Assembly: GCA_034440375.1 (NCBI GenBank)
Contig: JAWXBZ010000075.1
Coordinates: 1-39,371 of the forward strand
DNA from: Candidatus Eiseniibacteriota bacterium
Lineage (GTDB): Bacteria > Eisenbacteria > RBG-16-71-46 > JABDJR01 > JAWXBZ01
Direction: 5' to 3'
DNA: 39,371 nucleotides
The notes beneath the pieces are model-generated. The model was not told the origin of the DNA. It saw nothing but the letters and a program-made list of their open reading frames with translations, and made no database searches. Below are positions 35,866 to 39,371 of the stretch, in pieces; position 1 is the stretch's first letter, and every line of letters starts with the position of its first letter. The position numbers and the translations under genes were made by a program.

Positions 35866-36939
35866 ATGGCCAGTCCCTGGGAAAAGCTTGGCAAGAGACT
35901 TCTCTTTGCCCCATTCGCGCTGGCGCCCCGGCGAGGACTCGAGCCGATCCGTCCCGGCTATCCGCCGGCCCGCGTCCTCATCATTCGGCCCGATGACCGG
36001 ATCGGCAACCTGGTACTTCTCCTGCCGCTTCTCGACGCCATTCACCAGGCCTGGCCCGGCGTCCGGGTTGACCTGCTCCTGGCTCGGGTGTCCGCCGACC
36101 TGATCCAGGGCGATCCGCGTGTCGCGCGGACGATCGTCTTCGATAAGCGCCGGCTCGTCGAAAATGGTTTTCGGGCCCTCGACCTCTTTCGTGAACTGCG
36201 ACGCGAGCCGTATGACCTTGTGCTCGACGCAAGTCATCCGCAGGAATTTTCGTTGACCGGCTCGCTGCTCACGGTGGCGGCCCGCGCCAGGCGGCGCGTC
36301 GGATACCTGGCCGGATCATCGGGGCGTGTTCTTGACGCCGGCCTCCTCTTTCAACCCGACCCGTCACGCCACCAGTCGGAGGTATTTCTCGACCTTCTGC
36401 GACGACTCGTTCCCGGTGTCGAGGGCGGACCGCTTTCGCTGCCGATCGGCCTGGCCGAGCGTGACGCCGCGCGTCAGGTGCTGATCGAGGCCGGCGCCGA
36501 TTTGGGACGCCGGTGGCTGGGTATTCACCCCGGCGGGCGAGGTGTCAAACGGTGGCCGATCGATCAATTCGCCGAACTGATCGATCGCCTCGCCGGGCAC
36601 GCGAATCGACAGATCCTGGTTTTCCAGGGACCCGGTGAGGAGGATCTGGTTCGACAGATCGGAAACTGCCCTGCGGTAACCATCCCTCGACTGCCAGTCC
36701 GTCCGTTCGCGGCTGCGCTGACCCATCTGCACCTGATGATTGCCGGGGACACCGGGCCGATGCATGTGGCCGCGGCGGTCGGAACACCAACGCTGGCCCT
36801 GTTCCTGTCCGCCAATCAGGGCGTTTTCGGGCCACCGGGCCCGCGAAACCGGGCTCTCTACGATCCTAGGGGGCTGCCGGTCGAGGTTGTTGTGGAGGCG
36901 GCCGAATCACTGTGGGAGTCATCCACACCGCGGGCCTGA
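35866..36939 (+). CDS. Glycosyltransferase family 9 (heptosyltransferase-like)
   Basis: VLIIRPDDRIGNLVL, GIHPGG..VKRWP, IAGDTGPMHVAAAVGTPTLALF. Confidence 0.9.
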   Translation: MASPWEKLGKRLLFAPFALAPRRGLEPIRPGYPPARVLIIRPDDRIGNLVLLLPLLDAIHQAWPGVRVDLLLARVSADLIQGDPRVARTIVFDKRRLVENGFRALDLFRELRREPYDLVLDASHPQEFSLTGSLLTVAARARRRVGYLAGSSGRVLDAGLLFQPDPSRHQSEVFLDLLRRLVPGVEGGPLSLPIGLAERDAARQVLIEAGADLGRRWLGIHPGGRGVKRWPIDQFAELIDRLAGHANRQILVFQGPGEEDLVRQIGNCPAVTIPRLPVRPFAAALTHLHLMIAGDTGPMHVAAAVGTPTLALFLSANQGVFGPPGPRNRALYDPRGLPVEVVVEAAESLWESSTPRA

Positions 36940-38726
36940 ATGGCGGTCGGGGCGCTCCGCCGTCGCCGACGGGCCTCGTCCAGTGCCTCCCGAAAAAGTG
37001 AGGATGTCGCTGCGTACCAGGCCAGTGCCAGTAGTTGGAGTGGGGCCGCACCCCGCGGACAGTGCCGCCAGCCGAACAGGACCCGATTGCACTGGGTAAT
37101 GATTCGAATCTGCCGGGCGTCGTGGCTCGTTCGGATGGCGCCGGCCGACGCGTGTCGAACCACAATCGAAGGTTCGTAGGCGATTCGTCGTCCCAGAGCG
37201 GCGCCCCGCCGGGCCAGGTCAACGTCCTCCCAGTAGAAAGGTTTAAACAGGGGATCGAATCCGCCCAGCGACGCGAACATCTCCCGGTGAAACGCCGCAT
37301 GGCCGCCGACGGCGTAGTCCGAGGGCAGGAGGCCATCCAGTGCCGGGCGCTGGTCCCGCTCGTTGTGCCGGATCCGGGGCAGCCCGAACGGCCAGGCAAG
37401 CCGCTTGGCCCCCTCTCGAAATCGGCCTGATTCGTCGATCGAGCGGAAGGTGACCGCGAAGAGGTCCGGGCGCTGGAATAATTCAAGGAGTGGTGGCACG
37501 GGGTTGGTGAGGAGTTCGGTATCGTCGTTGAGGAGCACGACCACGCCGGCGGGGCACTCGACGACGGCGCGGGTCGCCGAGGCGCCGAATCCACGATTGC
37601 CCTGATGCACGATCCAGCGAACCCCGGGAAACTCAGCCCGGAGTTCGTCGGCCACCCGGCCGTCGCCGCTGTCGTCCACGATGACGGCCCGTTCGAGCAG
37701 GGAGGGCGAGGCCGAGCGGACGGAAAGGAGCGCCCGGCGAAGCCGATCCACATTGCGGTAGGCCGGAATGGCGAGGCCGATGATGGGGTCGACGCGCGGT
37801 ACAATCCGCGCTTCGGCCGTCGGCGATTCGGGTCGCCACTTGGCGATCTCGGCGGCCGCCCCGGCACCCCCTCGAAACAGGATCACTTCCGGAGTGCCGA
37901 CGGCCGCCGCCAGGTGCGCGGGTCCGGAATTCATGCCGATGAAGAACCGGGCCGATTCGATCAGGGCCGCCGTCACCCGGATCGGCTGATCCAGCAGGCA
38001 GCAAACCCGTGGATTTTCGCGGGCGATGACCCGGGCCCACTCCCGCTCACGGGCCCCCGCGCCGACCAGGACGATTGACTCCAGGGGCAACGCCGCCGCC
38101 ACGAGGTGCGGAACGAAAGCCGTCGGCGGCAGGAACGATGGGTCGGTTGATACGCCGCCGTAGTGGGCCACCAGGTACCGCTTCGGTTCAAGGCCGTTTT
38201 CGGTCAGCAACGCCCGGGCTCGTTCGCGATCGATGTTGGAGAGGGGCAGGTACGGGGCCGCATCCGATTGTTCCGCCCCGAGCCGGGCGGCGAGTTCCAG
38301 GTTCAGCCGGGTAATGCTGGTCCCCTCCCGATAGTCGAGTTTCCGGTTGAGGAGCCGGGCGCGGCCTCCGCTCACGAATCCGGCGCGCACGCTCGCACCG
38401 GACAGGAATGCCAGCAGTTCGTTCCGGAAGAATCTCTTGAACAGGATCGCATGGGACGGTTTCTCTTGTCGCAGTTCCCCCACGAAGGATAGCCAGCCTG
38501 CCAGTCCCCGGTGCCGGCCCTTCCGGTCGTAAACGATCAGGCGGTCGATGACATCGAGCTCCGCAAGGAGCTCCTGTCCCACCGGGTCGACGACCACCAC
38601 CAGGCGCGCGGCGGGATGGCGGCGTTTCAGGGCCCGGAAGGCCGGAATGGCCACCATCGTGTTGCCGATCGAGCCATTGCGGAAGGCCAGGATGGTTCGG
38701 ACGGGGCATTCCGCGTCACGCCTCAC
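36858..38726 (-). CDS. GT9-GT2 fusion glycosyltransferase
   Basis: N-terminal GT9 (ILAFRNGSIGN, IGMNSGPAHLAAAVGTP) in frame with C-terminal GT2 (AIPAYRN, IVDDS, NRGFG, LLNDD, GGFDPLF.PFYWEDVDL). GTGA overlap with the upstream gene. Confidence 0.85.
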   Translation of the reverse strand: MRRDAECPVRTILAFRNGSIGNTMVAIPAFRALKRRHPAARLVVVVDPVGQELLAELDVIDRLIVYDRKGRHRGLAGWLSFVGELRQEKPSHAILFKRFFRNELLAFLSGASVRAGFVSGGRARLLNRKLDYREGTSITRLNLELAARLGAEQSDAAPYLPLSNIDRERARALLTENGLEPKRYLVAHYGGVSTDPSFLPPTAFVPHLVAAALPLESIVLVGAGAREREWARVIARENPRVCCLLDQPIRVTAALIESARFFIGMNSGPAHLAAAVGTPEVILFRGGAGAAAEIAKWRPESPTAEARIVPRVDPIIGLAIPAYRNVDRLRRALLSVRSASPSLLERAVIVDDSGDGRVADELRAEFPGVRWIVHQGNRGFGASATRAVVECPAGVVVLLNDDTELLTNPVPPLLELFQRPDLFAVTFRSIDESGRFREGAKRLAWPFGLPRIRHNERDQRPALDGLLPSDYAVGGHAAFHREMFASLGGFDPLFKPFYWEDVDLARRGAALGRRIAYEPSIVVRHASAGAIRTSHDARQIRIITQCNRVLFGWRHCPRGAAPLQLLALAWYAATSSLFREALDEARRRRRSAPTAIQARGVDDSHSDSAASTTTSTGSPLGS

Positions 38727-39371
38727 GAGGTACCTCGCCAGAGTTCGAGGAGTTCAGGCAGCACGGCCTCGACCGGTATTGATGCCAGGCAGGCGCACGG
38801 GCCCCTGCCGCGGCGGCAACGGATCGTGCAATCGGCGCGTCGGCCGCGGATCGCGCGGTGCCGATTGGAGAGGCGCGTCCAGTGGATGGGATTCTGTGGC
38901 CCGAAGAGTGCCAGTGTCGGCCGGTCCAGCGCCTCGGCCAGCTGCCGCGCACCACCATCGGGTCCGACGACCGCCCGGGCCGCGCCGAGAAGAGACAGGA
39001 GCGCCCGAATGCTTTCGGCCAGGATGATCGGCGGCGGTCGGGACATGCCGATGGAAACGCTTCGCAGTTGATCACCCTCGCCGGGTCCGCCGACGAGGAC
39101 GATGGGCGCTCGAGTGGCGACGGCAAAGCCGTCGAGCAGCGCCGCCATGCGTTCCGGCGCCCACCGTTTGTACTCACGGCGGCTGGCAGGAACGGCAACG
39201 AGAATTGCGTTGTCGAAAGCGGAGGGTCCGGCCGATCCGAGCGCCTCCATCAATCGATCGTACCCGTCCGCCTTTTCCGCGTCGGTGAGCCAGAGCCGTG
39301 GCACGGCACCCACGGTTGGAATGCCGACGGCCCGAATCAGGTCGAGTTTACGCTCGGCCGTGTGACGCGGC
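38723..39371 (-). CDS. Glycosyltransferase family 9, 5'-truncated by window edge
   Basis: Frame open to the edge (RHTAERKLDLIRAVG...), YKRWAPE, VGPDGGARQLAEALDRPTLALFGP, Cys-rich C-terminal C..RC......C.C. Confidence 0.82.
   Translation of the reverse strand, partial: PRHTAERKLDLIRAVGIPTVGAVPRLWLTDAEKADGYDRLMEALGSAGPSAFDNAILVAVPASRREYKRWAPERMAALLDGFAVATRAPIVLVGGPGEGDQLRSVSIGMSRPPPIILAESIRALLSLLGAARAVVGPDGGARQLAEALDRPTLALFGPQNPIHWTRLSNRHRAIRGRRADCTIRCRRGRGPCACLASIPVEAVLPELLELWRGTS

Noticed and set aside
1-39371. CRISPR array, IS elements, prophage or defence genes
   Set aside because: No regularly spaced repeats, terminal inverted repeats, transposase, integrase or phage-like proteins were seen.

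Overview
High-GC bacterial chromosomal window, probably from a Gram-negative FCB-related lineage (inferred from PorV, T9SS-like C-terminal domain and GWxTD genes; exact taxon not determinable here). From left to right: (i) housekeeping run of an uncharacterised exported protein, bamD, nadD, polA, coaE, prfB (with the classic CTT-TGA-C +1 frameshift), PMM/PGM and a 3-methyladenine glycosylase; (ii) an ~11 kb cell-envelope block (9.4-20.5 kb): an EB_dh/DOMON-like lipoprotein with a CxxxCH motif coupled to an outer-membrane beta-barrel, a highly structured 300 bp intergenic region, then TonB-dependent receptor + large secreted protein with a T9SS-like C-terminal domain + PorV/PorQ-family barrel + GWxTD-family protein; (iii) pfk-gap-pgk-tpiA, secG, tRNA-Leu(GAG); (iv) a GT-C-like membrane protein, a small winged-HTH protein, a ChaN-like protein and a small membrane protein; (v) two DUF507-like genes and tolA-like/tolB/pal/cpoB without tolQR; (vi) LPS-type glycosyltransferases (GT4, GT9, GT9-GT2 fusion, partial GT9). 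No mobile element or CRISPR array was seen. The best candidate for an undescribed system is the TBDR/CTD-cargo/PorV/GWxTD locus, followed by the putative haem-lipoprotein/porin pair and the structured RNA between them. All family calls come from motif recognition by eye, not database searches.
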